Source: Cyanophora paradoxa CCMP329
Taxonomy: Eukaryota; Plantae; Glaucophyta
DNA: 64,000 bases
Direction: 5' to 3'
Assembly (NCBI GenBank): GCA_004431415.1
Contig: QPMI01000627.1
Coordinates: forward strand, 62,001 to 126,000
Shown here: positions 47,185 to 61,064 of the stretch, one piece after another
Numbering within the stretch: position 1 is the first letter of the stretch
How the letters are laid out: every line of letters begins with the position of its first letter
Program-made: the position numbers and the translations under genes
Notes under the pieces: generated by a model
What the model was told of the DNA's origin: nothing
Seen by the model: the letters and a program-made list of their open reading frames with translations, nothing else
The model's database searches: none

Positions 47185-49870
47185 GTTCCGATCATTCGTC
47201 TGTGCTGCGCGTCCGCGTCGGCGTGGACAGTCAGCAGGTCGTGTTGGCACAGTGCGGCGGCCAGGCTGGCGCTCAGAACTGAGCTCCCCAATGGGGGTAC
47301 GCACTCTCCGACGGGCAGTTACCTTGCTGCTCGTCAATGCGATCACGGTAGCGCTTCAGGCGCTCGTCGCGTTCGACAAGGAGACGAGGCGAGGCTTTTT
47401 TCCTGATTCAAAACGTGCGCCGACGCCCTTAGAGCGAAAGGGTCAACTACGCATTAGTCGACCTGGCGCGCAGTCGGGCGGCGCCGCCTCACACCCGAAG
47501 CGATCTCCCGCCGTCTTTGCTGTCGTGTGGTCGTCGTCGGTCGACTAGTCCGACGGCACTGCGGCAGCTTTGGTCTCCGTCGAATCTCCGTAAACCAGCG
47601 ATGTGCAGCGGCGCGGGGCTTCGGCCGCTCGTTGCGATTCCCGTTGTCGGCAAGGCCGCTCGATCCTCTACACCCGACGGCACCGCCAAGCCAAACATCC
47701 TTATCACAAATGTGAAATCCATTTCGACCATTCGGCCGGCGGAGCGGGGTTGCACCCCGACGCACCAACCGCATCCGTCCCTAGCCCCAGACACTGTTGA
47801 GATCCACGCCATCCACGACTCCTGCCGCCAGGTCCGTCTCGGCGCACGTGTTCGCAAGTGTTCGCAAGCTCGAAAATTTGATCTCCCGCAACCTTTGCAG
47901 ACGGACCTGCTATCCTCCCCAGGCGCCCTTTGGTTCGCCCTGGCATCGTCCGAGAACGACCGGAGATCGCCCTCGCCGCTCGCGATGCCAACGGCAACCA
48001 AAGAATCCAGAGATCTGGGGTGGGCCTTATCCTTTGACCGCCCGGACCCGTCTCCGGAGCGGGAGCGGCCTTCGGCTCCACTGCCTTTCATCGACATCGC
48101 CGACCGATCGGTCGTCTCCCCGCCGCCCCCTTTGCACCCGCTGCTTCGGCCCGTTCCTCGCCGGCCGCCCGTTACGCCGCTTGCGACCCGCGCGCTGCGA
48201 CCCATCGGTGTCGAATCTGCTCGAGTCATCACACGAGTCATTACGCAACCCACGTGCGGCTTCCATGCCCGCCCCGTTCGTGCCGCGCCGTCTAACCGCG
48301 ACACCGCCGCTCGCAGGATCCGGCGGGTCCCCGGCCCCAGTATCATGTGCGAGATTCGATATTCGCTTGGACCGACCCCGCTACCGTCCCCGCTGACGTT
48401 ATCACCCGCGCAGCGCCAAGCGGGGGCGCCCCGTCGTCAAGCTCGCCATCCCGAAGGCTTTCCTCGGTCCCCGGCCCCTCTGCTTCTCCCCCACCATCGG
48501 TTCGACCCGCCCTCGCCCTCGCCCCCGCCGCGCTCTGCGCTCCGCTTTCGCCGACACAGCGCGCGTTCGCAGAGCGGAGGATCGATCAACTCCTCATCGA
48601 CGACATGGGCGCCCCTCTGACCGTGTAGCCCCCCGATGCCTTCCTTCCGTCCGACGTGCCGGGCGAGTCCCCAACTTTTTTTCGTTGTCCGACGTGCCGG
48701 GCGAGTCCCCGACTTTTTTCGTCGTGCCGAACACTTTTTTCCCCTCCTGTACTGGGCCCGCGAGTCGTGTACAGATCTAGACCCTGCTCGCCGGCCTAAG
48801 ATGCTTTTTTCCCGACCCTTCTTTCAATGTACCCCGAGGTCCAGCGCCCGCTGGCTTTGCCCGCTCTTTCTCCTCTCAGACCTCGCCTTCTGTTGTGACC
48901 CCATTGCCTGTACTTTGCTTCCCGGCCGCGAGCTGGCTGCAGTGTGAGCCATGCTCCTGGCCGACATTTGATGCAGTTACATGCTCTACAGCCAGCTGAT
49001 CAGATAACATTCTTTGTAACCTCATTCTAGCTCTCCTCTTTGGCAGTTAGCGCGGCTCTTGCCTCCGTGCGGGCGCCCGCTGGTATTGAGTCTCTTCTAG
49101 TTCTCCATGTTCAAGGACTTTGGTTTCCCTCGATCCCCCTGCCCCTTCGGCTTTCGCCCCTAGTGCCTAGTCCCGGCATTCATGAACGGTCCGATCCGAC
49201 CCGTGTTAGTCACGTGATCTCGATGATCGTTTATGGTTGGTAGTTTCAGTTCGCAGTAGTGAAAGCAGTTTGATTTAGCTTATTTGCTTCTCGCATTCAA
49301 TGATTTGCCCATCTTGTTACATATACTGTACTACACTGTGAACAGTGAACACTAGTTTAAGATCTGTGTGTGGAATCGATTGGTCTTCGATTCGATAGGC
49401 TGAAACATCACGACGGAGTCAGACGGACAGCTCTGCAGCTGACAGTTTTACTGATTCGCGGATGCAAGATCCGTGAAACGACCGTAGGACTGACAACGCG
49501 CCGCAGTGATGATCATGAGCCGTTAAGCGATATGCATGCGCATATGGTAATTAGCAAGCACTGAACCAGAGCTCGAGGCCTGCAGCCGCTGAGCTGAGCT
49601 CATGCATCACGGCAATACTAGCAGACCGCGCCCGGCCCTGTGCAAGATCGGCAAGTGCGGGCCGCGCGCGGAGGTGCAAGGGGGGGTACTGGTACACATT
49701 GCAGGGTACTTAGGGTGTGTGTGTGTGGGAGGGGGGGGGGGGGGGGGGGGGAGGGCAGAGAGGCAAGGCGGGCGGCCGGGCGAGGCGGGCGGGGTCGCGA
49801 GGCGGGCAGGTGGGGTGGCGTCGCGGGCGGCGGCATCAGGCAGGCAGGCAGGCGAAGGCGGCGGCGGGCG

Positions 49871-50345
49871 GGGAAGCGGGCGGAGGGGCAGGTGGCGCCG
49901 GGCCCTGCGCATAGCCTGCACATACGCAGAGCTGAGGCGTCAGCTCGCCCCGGACAGCGGCCGTGCGGGGGCGGGGCCCAGCGGGGGCGGCCGGGCCAGG
50001 TGCGCGGCAGCAGCGGCGGGCGAACCTGGAGTCGACGACGCTGAAGCAGCCGGCGAGGCGGCGGGCGAGGAAGCGGGCGGAGGGGCAAGTGGCGCCGGGC
50101 CCTGCGCATAGCCTGCACATACGCAGAGCTGAGGCGTCAGCTCGCCCCGGACAGCGGCCGTGCGGGGCGGGGCCCAGCGGGGCGGCCGGGCCAGGTGCGC
50201 GGCAGCAGCGGCGGAGCGAACCTGGAGTCGACGACGCTGAGGCAGCCGGCAGGGCGGCGGCGGGGAAGCGGGCGGAGGGGCAGGTGGCGCCGGGCCCTGC
50301 GCATAGCCTGCGCAGGGCCGAGGCGTCAGCTCGCCCCGGACAGCC
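49871..50345. repeat. ~195-bp tandem repeat (~2.5 copies), possibly an exon+intron unit of a minus-strand gene
   Basis: ggaagcgggcggaggggcaggtggcgccgggccctgcgcatagcctgc..gaggcgtcagctcgccccggacagc recurs at ~49871, ~50069 and ~50264. Confidence 0.85.
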
Positions 50346-52322
50346 GCGGCGCAGGGGCGGGGCCTAGCCCGACGCGACGTACTAGGAGCAGCTGCGAATG
50401 CTGCGACGCCGCGGCCACCACACTCTGCTACGGAACGCCGGCCGCGGTTCAAGCCACGCATACGTGGGGCCGAGGCGTGCAAGTGGCGACCCGCCCCGTG
50501 CTTGAACCGCGCTTGAAGAGCTTGACAACATCGAGCTGGAGTCTGCTCGATCATGAATCGGAGTCCATCAGAAACCGAGAGCGTTGGCAAAACGCCGCGT
50601 CCGCGGGCGCGCACACAGCCGGCGTCGCGGCGTCTCGGGCGCCTCCTTCCTGCACTCTCGCGGCGCTCTCCGCCACCAGGAACGGCTGTGCCCGCATTCG
50701 CCACCAGGAGCGCATCCGCGGCTGTTCCCGCACGGTGTAGGTGTCGACGCCGAGGCCGCAGCCGGAAGCGCACCGGAACGCGACGTTGCGGGCGCGCCGC
50801 TCCGGCGCGCGCTCCGCATGCGGATGCTCGGCCCCGCGACCTCGACCTCTGAGCCGGGCTCTAGCATGTGTACCCAGCAATCGGCTCCCGACTCGAAGGA
50901 GCGCTTTTTTTCGGCGCCCGGTACAACAGGTACTTGAGGCGGCCTAGCGCGCCACGCGCCGCTTCTCGAGCCCAGGCATGTATGACAGAGTTTGTAGAGC
51001 GCATTGAGAGCATTCAGGAGCACGTGGTCCGGCGCATATAGCAATAGCAGGTGAGGAGCGGATTCGCGTACCCCGACCTGGAGAGAAAGTAGGTAGCGGG
51101 CTCCTGCCCGCTGGGCGCCTCTCCGGCTGCCGCGAATCGCCTCGGCGGTGCCTTTAGCCCTCCTCTAGCTGGTTAGCCGCGCGTCCGTTAGGAATCCGCT
51201 CCGTGGGTCGGTTCGGCGAGCTACTCCAGCGGACACCAGCGGCGGCTTCAGCAGCTGCTCTCTCGTTCAGCCCAAGCACTTCTCTGCGGCAGCGATCGGC
51301 CGCCCGCGGCTATGGGGCCGGCGACCTGCGCTGCGCCCGCGCAGATGATCGTCGGTCGTGTGAGTGCACGCCCGCGTCGCGGCCGTGGGCGTCGCGGCCG
51401 CACAGATGCTTGGATTCCTGGCGAGGCGACGTGCTTCTGAGCACTCGGGCGGCCCGGGGCCTCCCAACCCCCGCCGCAGCGGACTCCGCGCGCGCGCGCG
51501 CCAGCTGGAGGAGGTATCTCTCGGCCGAGGAGCACAGGTCGCCGGCTGCGGCCGGCGATGCTGTGCGCCCGCCGGTTTTCACCCGGGCTCTCACGGGCTC
51601 CGGTTTCCGGCCCTCCCTGGGGTTAGTCGGCCTTGCTCTCTTAGTGCGCTTCTTCCCTGCCAAATTGAGGGCTATAGTTCAGGCTCAGCCGCTTCGACCT
51701 CATCCTCGCTTATACATCGGTCCTCTCTGTAGGCGCCCTTGTCCTGAGGGGGGTTATAGTAGCTCTGCTCTGCTTCGGCTCTCTAGGCAGGTGTAGGCAG
51801 TGCTTCTAGGCAGGTATAGGCCCCTTTCTCCAGTACAATAGCTCCACCCGGTCCGATGTCCGAAAGGCTTGTTCCCGTAGGCTCATCTCTCGACTTGACA
51901 CAGATGGACACTGCAGTCATATCCCTAGCCATTTGTCTTGGTGTGTGCGAATTCATTTGTATAGCAGGTGAGGAGCGGCTTCGACATGTTTGCGCAGCCC
52001 CGCCCCTGCATTTTTTTTCGCCGCTCGCAGCGGCTACGATGCGATCACAGCTATACGAGAGCGCATGCAAAGAATCTCATCTTACAAAAATTACTAACAC
52101 AGAAAGTACGCCGCACCAATTCACCAGGGGAGCAAGGGAGGGGGTACCCCCCCTTGCAATGATGCATTCGTCAGGAATCTATCTGTCTGTCTACCTTGAA
52201 ACAACGGGCGGCTCCGCGGCCGAGCTCCAGCAGCGACCCCGAGCCCGCCCGCACACAGTTGCTGGCGAGATGCCGGCCGCCGGCCGCCGGCCAACCGCGC
52301 GCGCGCCGCGGCCGACCGCCGG

Positions 52323-54706
52323 CTACCGCTTCTGGCCGGGGCCCAGCACCGGCCGCCACTTCTCGATGCTCTTCTGCTGCTGGTCCAGAAGCGAGAGCTG
52401 GAGGCCCACGTCGTCCTGTACCCCGGGACGCCCCGTGAGGCTGGGCGGGCGGGCGGGCGGGCCGGGGTCGGGCGCGGGCGGAGCGCACCGAGGAGGCGGG
52501 CCCCCCCGCGCTCCCAGCCGACCGCGAGCCCGGCCTCCGCCCGCGCTGCCGGCCCCCGCCGACGCGCCCCGCAGCTCCGGCAGGTGACCCCCGCTGCGCA
52601 CACAGGCAGGCGCGGCGTCAGCCCCTCGCTTAGGGCCGTGCGGGCGGGCTGGGCAGGGCGCACTGCGACGGGGACCCGCCGCCCGAGCCGGCCGAGCGCC
52701 GCCCGTCCCGGCTGTGGCCTCCGTGCCCGTGCCCGCCAGCGTACCCGTCCATCTGCGCGTCGTACCCGTCCCCGCTCGAGGGGGCTCCCGAGGGCCAGGC
52801 ATCTCTCCTAGGCCAAGGACCTCGGACCTCGGAGGACTGGGGGGCGTTGCGCTGGAGGATTGCGTCAAGGGCGCGCTTGCGCGTGTCCAGCGCCGCCACC
52901 CAGTCACGCTCCCGCTGCTTCCGTTGCTGCGCTCGCTTCTTTAAGAGGGGGGAAGGCGGCTGGCGCGAGAACAAGTGGGACCCGAGCGGACCTCGAGGAA
53001 CTTGCGGCGGTGCTGCTCCTTGGACTGCCGCTCGGCGAGCCACTGCTCGATCATGTCGTCGACGCGCTCCGCCCGCTCCGCCTCCGCCGCCGCCCGCTCC
53101 GCCTTGCGCCGCGCCTTCTCCTCGCGCTCCGCCCGCGCCTGCTCCCACGCGCTCGGCTCCCGGTCCTCAGCCGACCAGGGCCCCGGCCCGCCGCTCGCGC
53201 TGCCCGCCGCCCCGCTCCGGGACGAGCCGGCCGAGCGCCCGGGCCGCCGCCGCTCGGTCGTGCCGGCCCTGGACCCGGCGGTCGCCGGCGGCACCATCCC
53301 CTCGCGCTCCTCCAGCCCCGCCGCGTACGCGTAGTCGCGGTCGCCCGGCTCGACCGGCTGCGGCACCTCGTCGCCCGCCGTCGCGGCGGCCGGCTGCTGC
53401 AGCGTCGCCGTCGACTCGTCCGCCTGCCGGATGCGCACGACGTAGTACACGCGGGACGGCTGCGTCAGAGTGGCCTCCGTTCGCTTCTTCACGAAGACGA
53501 GCCGCTGCTGCCCGGGCACTGCGCGCGCGCGCCGCGTCGGGACGGGACGGGCCGCGGCGGGCCGGGGGCGGGGCGAGGGAACGCGGACCGGCGGGGGTCT
53601 CCGTCACGACGGGGTACGGGTTCGCGTCCGAGTGGGTGGGTATCGAGTTGGCGAAGGGGTCGGGGATGTACGTCGAGGGCGTCACGGGGGCCGCCCCCAC
53701 CTTGCCGGCCCCCGTCGCCCCGCCCGCCGAGTACGCCCCGGGGCCGCCCCCGCCGGCGCCGCCGCCGGCCGCGTGCGGGCGGGCCTTGGGCTGCATGCCC
53801 AGGTGCTCCCGCTCCAGCTCGGCGATGCGGTCCTCGAGCTCCATGAGGCGCGCCAGGTTCGCGTACACTTTCCCCATGGCGGACTTGGCCTTGGCGTCCG
53901 CGTCGTCACCGCCCTCGCCGCCCTCGCCGTCCGCCGCCTCGATGCCGCGCCCGCCCTCGCCGCCCTCCAGCCCCGGAAAGGCGTACGGGTCGGCCCCCGG
54001 CGGGACCAGCTCCCCCGCGCCCGTCGCGGCCGCCACGCTGCGCTGCAGGCTCGCCTTCTCGCGCCACAGCTGCCGGATCTCCTCCTTCCGCCGCTCGGTG
54101 TCCTGTATCTTACGCAACGCCTGCTCCCGCCTGACCTGCGTCTGCCGCCACCGCAGCGCCTCCTGCCGTTCCCTGCGCGGCGCGCGGTTCGGAGGCGCGC
54201 GGGGCGGGAGGGCGGGCGGGCGGGCGGAGCGCGCGCCTCTCCTGGAAGCTCTTCACGAACTCCGCCGTGACCTCCAGCGGCTTGTGCTGCTCCTCCTCGA
54301 CGACCCGCTGCAGCCACTGCTGCCGCTCCCGCACGCTCTCCGCGGCCCAGCTGTACTTGCCGCCCTTCGACTTGTACTGCCGACTCCTCTGAATCGCCTG
54401 CCGCAGCGCATTCTCGTTCTCGTCTTTGTAGAAGCGCAGCGTCTGCAGCTCCTGCTCCACGTCCAGCACAGCAGACCGAGCGATGCTCCCAGTCGACTCG
54501 GCGTGCGCCGGGACCTCTTCTATCGGCCCGTCTATGCCTTCTACGGGGCCTCCGTAGTAGTAGCTATCGTACAGAGGCTCTGCGAGAGAGCGACACATGC
54601 GTGAGCCAGAATCCGATCGGGGCGCGACAGCAAGGCGCTTGGCCGCTCCACAGCCTCGAGAAGATCCCGAGGATGGCGCAGGAAACGCACCAGCGTCGTC
54701 CGCCAT
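52323..54706 (-). CDS. Coiled-coil protein of unknown function; multi-exon
   Basis: E/R/Q-rich exons (ALRKIQDTERRKEEIRQLW, LARLMELEDRIAELERE, VDDMIEQWLAERQSKEQ) joined by canonical short introns; ends EKWRPVLGPGQKR*. Confidence 0.65.
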
Positions 54707-54819
54707 TCTTCTCTAACTTTACTTGCCCAGATTTGTTGTACCCGGCACTTCGCGGCGAAAGTTGCCACAAGTCTCCGGCGGGCTGCCTGCTCGGCTTGTT
54801 CGACGCGAGCAAAGAGGGC

Positions 54820-56116
54820 ATGCGAGCGAGAACGGTATTGGCGCTAGGCGCCATTGCTGCGGCGACCGCTGCTGCTGCGGCTTGCGATTCCGACCATGGA
54901 GGTGTCGCGGTGAGTTGGATAGAGGCGGAAGTTCGAGCATCATTCCCGCCAGATAGACGGTCCCGCGGCTCCCGCGAGTGCGAACTGACTCTCCTGCGCA
55001 GGGCGCTGCGCGGAAGCTGCTCGCGAAGGGCTCCGAAGCAGCGTCTGCTGACGCTGACGTGCGTGGGATCACCGGCTCGGTTCTCGCGCCCCCTCTTACG
55101 CGCCCCCATCCGCCGCGCAGATCAAGCGGGTCACGGGTCTCACAGCGCTTGCAGGAGGCTCCGGGTTCAGTGCAGCTTTCGTCGCTAGCTTCCTCGTGGT
55201 TCGCGCCGCACCCTTCTTCCGTTCTCGATCCGTCGTGCCCCTGACCTGGTGTTGACGCGCAGATCCTCGTCTCCGAAATCGGCGACAAGACCTTCTTCAT
55301 CGCAGCCGTGATGGCTATGCGGCATGCGCGAGCCGTCGTCTTCGCTGGCGCCATCGGCGCACTGGGCGTGATGACCGCCCTCTCCGCGGCGCTTGGCTTC
55401 GTTGCGCCGACGCTGCTGCCGAAGTCCTGGACGCACTATGGCGCGGCGGCCCTGTTCGTCATCTTCGGCTTCCAGCTGCTGCGCGACGCGTGGAACCACA
55501 AGCCCGGCGAGGCGAACGAGGAGGAGCAGGAGGTCGTTGAGATGCTCGAGAAGAAGGACGAGCCGGCCGAGGGCTCCAGCTCGTCCACGTGAGTCTCCAC
55601 ACACGCGCCTGGACATCCGGCCGCCGCCGGCGACCCTTCCGCATTTGGCTAACTTCGGGTTGAGTCGCAGGCACAAGCCGATGACGACGAAGGAAACGTT
55701 CATCGCATTCCTCGAGAAGTTCCTCTCTCCGATCATGCTCAAGGCGTTCACGCTCACTTTCCTGGCCGAGTGGGGCGACCGCTCCCAGATCTCCACCATC
55801 GTGCGCCGCCCGCCGGCGTCCCGTCCCAGCCGCCGCCGCCGCCGCCTCACGCGCCGCGCAGGCCCTCGCAGCGGCGAAGGACCCCATTGGCGTTACCTTC
55901 GGCGGCATTCTCGGCCACGCCATCTGCACGGGCGGCGCCGTCCTCGGCGGCCGCCTCCTCGCCTCGCACATCTCCGAGCGCACCGTCGCCCTCTCCGGCG
56001 GCATACTCTTCCTCTGCTTCGCAATAGCGTCCTTTATCACCGGTTCGCCCCGCTTTTCCTCCTTTTCCTCGTGCTCGCGCTCACTCTGCTCCCGCCCCTC
56101 AGGCCCTCCGGAATGA
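54820..56116 (+). CDS. GDT1: GDT1/TMEM165 (UPF0016) Ca2+/Mn2+:H+ antiporter
   Basis: Both family motifs ILVSEIGDKTFFIAA and FLAEWGDRSQISTI; GHAICTGGAVLGGRLLASHISER; acidic central loop; signal-peptide-like N-terminus. Confidence 0.92.
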
Positions 56117-56302
56117 GTTGCCCCAAAGGAGCGACGGTCCCTCGAGTATGTTAGACAGGCTAGCCAATGTTTGAATATTTCAGTATAGATACAACCGTAC
56201 TACAAAAGAATTTAGCGGCAGTTTGGATAGCTGGGCAGCAGCCTGGGCTTGGCTTTGGGGTAGACGTCGCTACGTACACTGGTACTTCAACTCGGCCTGA
56301 TC

Positions 56303-57662
56303 ATGATGTTTATCGCCGCGCCCCCGATCCTCCGCTCCCGCACACATGTACAGCGCCTGCAGCCGGGCAGATCGCAGATGGCCGCGCGGCCGCCGGCGCC
56401 GAGCCGCGCGGATCGTGTCAACTGCGCGGCGGAGGACATCGATCGCTCGGCTCGCTTCTCCAACCGGAGAGAAGCTGGCACACAGCTTGGCGAGCGTCTC
56501 CGCGAGTTCCTCCTGTCCTCGCCGAGCTTCGATGACATGGTGGTTCTCGGGCTCCCGCGCGGTGGCGTGCCCGTCGCTGCTGAGGTGTCGAGGACCCTGC
56601 GCAAACCGTTCTCCATTCTCTCTGTGCGCGCGGCGCATGTACGCGCGCTGTAGCGGTTCTCGAGCGCTTTCGTACGTGCGCAGGTGCGCAAGATCGGCGC
56701 TCCATCGAACCCCGGTGCGCTGGTGCCGCATTGGGCTCGAGTTCCCGTAGCGCCGGCGTCCTCAACGCGTCATCAGAGCTCGCGATAGGCGCAATCGCTG
56801 CAGACGGCACGCGCCTGTACGGGTGAGTACTACTAGTAGTGACGCCCGGCCCCGCGCGCGACGCGCGCGCTTGCCCAGGCGCTCAGGCCGAGCGCTGGCG
56901 CAGGTCGCTGAAGAACAAGGATGTGTCTTCAGGATACATCAAGCTTGAGACCCAGGAGCAGCTCGAGGTGGCGCAGCGGCGGGAGGAAGTGCTGCTGGCC
57001 AACCTCGACCTGCCCCGCGTTCGGGACATCAGAGGCCACGTCGCCTGCAGTGCGCATACGGAGCGGCGCGCGCGCCGCTCGTTTAAAGGCCACCACTTGC
57101 ATGCGCAGTCACGGACGACGGCATCGCGACAGGCCTCACGGCGGCAGTCGCCGCGGAGAGCGCGCGGCGCCACGGCGCCCGCGCCGTCGTCATCGGTGCG
57201 GCGGCCCCTTCCACGCGCGCATGCGTCCCTCGAGTTCAAGCGCCGGCCTCACCCCCGGGCCCGCGCCCGCGCCCCCTCCAGCCTCGCCAGTGGTCGCCGC
57301 GGACACGGCGGACCGCCTCCTGAAGTACGCAGACGCCGTTGTATCCGTCTGCAGCCCGGAGGACTTCCTCGCAGTTGGTGCGCCCTTCTCCAGCGTAGGC
57401 TTTCCCATTTGCCCGCGCGCGCCCGCGTGACCCGCTTGCCCGTCGGCAGCTCAGTGGTATGGGGACTTCAGGTGCCCCTGTGTATTAGAGTTGAAAGCTT
57501 TACTGAGGCCTCTCTTGACGCCCCGCCGCCCCCGCAAGCCCCACAACGGACGAAGAGGCCCGGCGCGTGCTGGAGGAGGCGTCGGGCTGGCCCTGGGCGC
57601 GCCTGGCCCGCCTGGAGGAGTCGGAAGGCGCCCCAGGGCGCGAGTTTGGGGGCGGTGGGTAG
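56303..57662 (+). CDS. Bacterial-type predicted phosphoribosyltransferase (COG1926-like) with transit-peptide-like N-terminus
   Basis: FSNRREAGTQL, VVLGLPRGGVPVAAEV, VRKIGAP..ELAIGAIA, PRPP-binding VTDDGIATGLT, ADAVVSV..PEDFLAVG..WYGDF..TTDEEAR. Confidence 0.88.
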
Positions 57663-57848
57663 GGGCGCCATGACTCAGTGATATCGGTGGAGCGGTTGGT
57701 TGCAATTCGCTGTATGTACAATTTCAGCTACGCGGGACAGATGCCTCGCACGGGGCGTTCGCCCTACGGAACGAAGTCCTACAGCTAAGGGGCAGGGCAA
57801 ACTTGGAAGGGCGGGAGCGGGAGGAATGGGGACGGGCGCGGCTGGGTT

Positions 57849-58976
57849 TCAGCACGCGACGTGGAACTGTGCGGTGCTGCAGAGGCCGAAGCCCGCGGAC
57901 GAGGCGCCGAGGCAGGAGCAGCGTCGGGACCGCGCGTCGGCGCGCGCCCCGCAGTCCTGGTCCGACGAGCAGAGCACCCCGCACGTCCCCGAGCAGCCGT
58001 CCTGCACAATTCGAGGTACGGTCAGAGCGGTCTTCGGCCGGCGGCGCCGGCGCGGTGCCGGGCGGGAGGGTCGCCGACGTGCCTGCCACTGAAGCGGCGA
58101 GATGGAGACAATGTGCGGGGATAGCGCGTTGAAGTACGCGAGGTACGAGTCGCAAACGCGCATGGTGAGCCGCTGGGCAGAGAGCCGCGCGAGCGCCCCG
58201 CCCTGCTGGCCCTTCATCCGCGTCTGCGCTGGAAACGCCGCAGCAGCTGCACGCGCGGCCGCGGACTCCAGCGGCGCCAGCAGGTTCAAAAAGCGCTCCG
58301 CGAAATTCGCGAGGCTAAGGGCTGGATCGCTGGTGCCGTCGCTCAGAACCGTATCCTGCGAGCACAGTAAGCGAGATGCAGGTTCGCTCGAAAGAACTTG
58401 AGCACAGCACATGCACGTACATATGCCGCTCGCCACGCCGCGCCGCGGACAAGACCGGCAGACGAGCGCGCCACGCCAAACGCGAGGCGCAGGCTCTCTG
58501 GACGCAATATGAGAGTGAACGTTTGGAATGAGTTCATCGGCGCGAGCTCGATCGTACCTCTGAGGCTTGAGCCGGGGTCGGGGAGCCCTGCGAACTCCGG
58601 CAGCAGGGCGGCAGCTGCAGTTGCGTTCAGCATTTCGTCCCAGTCCAGCTCTAGATCTACTACATCGACGTCCGGTTCACTCGCTTCCTGTTGCGGGGCC
58701 TGCATGCGCCTGTCAGAAGGGAACAGGCGATTTCGTGTTCGGAGAACAGCACACCGTAGCGTCGTATTGCGAAGCACCCGCCAAAACTGCGTACTCAATA
58801 CTCTCAAAGCGGCAGGCGCGCGCCGCCGAACTCGAACGCGCTTGGCGGCTGTTACCGCGGAACGCGAGGGGCCGCGGGCGCAGCGCTAACGCGGCGAGGC
58901 ACGTACCTGTGCGGGCGGCAAGCAACAGGACAAGCGCTTGCGCAGCTGTGACTCTGGCAATCGTCGGCCTGTTCAT
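57849..58976 (-). CDS. Putative secreted protein with Cys-rich termini, unknown function
   Basis: Signal-like MNRPTIARVTAAQALVLLLAARTG; C-terminal GCSGTCGVLCSSDQDCG..CSCLG..GLCS; plausible GT-AG/GC-AG introns. Confidence 0.5.
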
Positions 58977-59453
58977 GGCGGCTGTGGGGGCCCGGGGTCA
59001 AGGTCGTGCGTACGTATCCCCCTGTTGGGGCCACGGACCCGGACCCGCTTAAAAGCGCAGCCACCGATTGCGAAGGCTCGAAAGACCGAATGCCATCTTT
59101 ATGGCGGACACGTCGACGTCGACGGCGCGCACAGTCCGGAGGTCGCCGCACGAATTTGAAAGATTTGATCGCCAGCCGCTGCATGATCGCGCACGCAACT
59201 TCAAAGCTTGGCAAGGTCCGACTGTCGCCAGACGTCAATACTAGGTGTGGGCGTGGCTCAGTTTTAGAACCGCGAGCTCCGTGTCTTGCGTAACGCTCTT
59301 GAAGTGGCTCAACCCTCGTCAACCCCCTGTGAGCGCCAACCAGTGCATGCCCCAGTTCGCCAAAACCCGGCCGCGTAGGACAGCAACGGGTGCTTTGCAG
59401 GTTTGGTCGAATATACAACACTATAGTAAAAAGGATATGGACAACGAGCAGCT

Positions 59454-60575
<1,122 letters not shown>

Positions 60576-61064
60576 TCAAATCTAAATCTCTTTAGCTCTG
60601 CGCAAGCGCGCACTGCAGCTGCGGCGCCCGGCATGCGCTCGATGGAAGAACTATATAGCTAGAGCGAGCTAGATCGCATGCAGCTGCGTCTATATGATCA
60701 TGATCTAGAGATTTACATTATTTGTTTCGATCGCGTGCTAATTTTCGCATCGGAATATAAATTCCACAATTTCACGCAGCACATCGAACAACTCGCTGGG
60801 CCACATGAGCAAAAAAGCGAATGCAGGTACAACGGAGCGCTCAGGTGGCCCGGGGAGGTGGCTCGAGTGCTACAACTAGCGTTAAGCTACGCCTGATATT
60901 CCCTAACTGCCTAACATCGATTCCTGTACACGACACACGACAGCACACCCTGCAGAGGAAAAAGCTGGCTATAGCTACAATACAAAAAAGAGTACAGTCG
61001 ATCTATTAGTTTTTTTAATCAATAAGGGGCCTAGAGTACAGAAAGGCGGCCGGCCGGCCGCTGA

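Noticed and set aside
47489-48620. Overlapping 285-aa and 367-aa ORFs as a transposase or gene
   Set aside because: No recognisable catalytic motifs, codon bias, termini or TSD; left unannotated.
51044-51978. 18-bp direct repeat atagcaggtgaggagcgg about 917 bp apart as element ends
   Set aside because: No TSD, TIR or coding signature between the copies; insufficient evidence.
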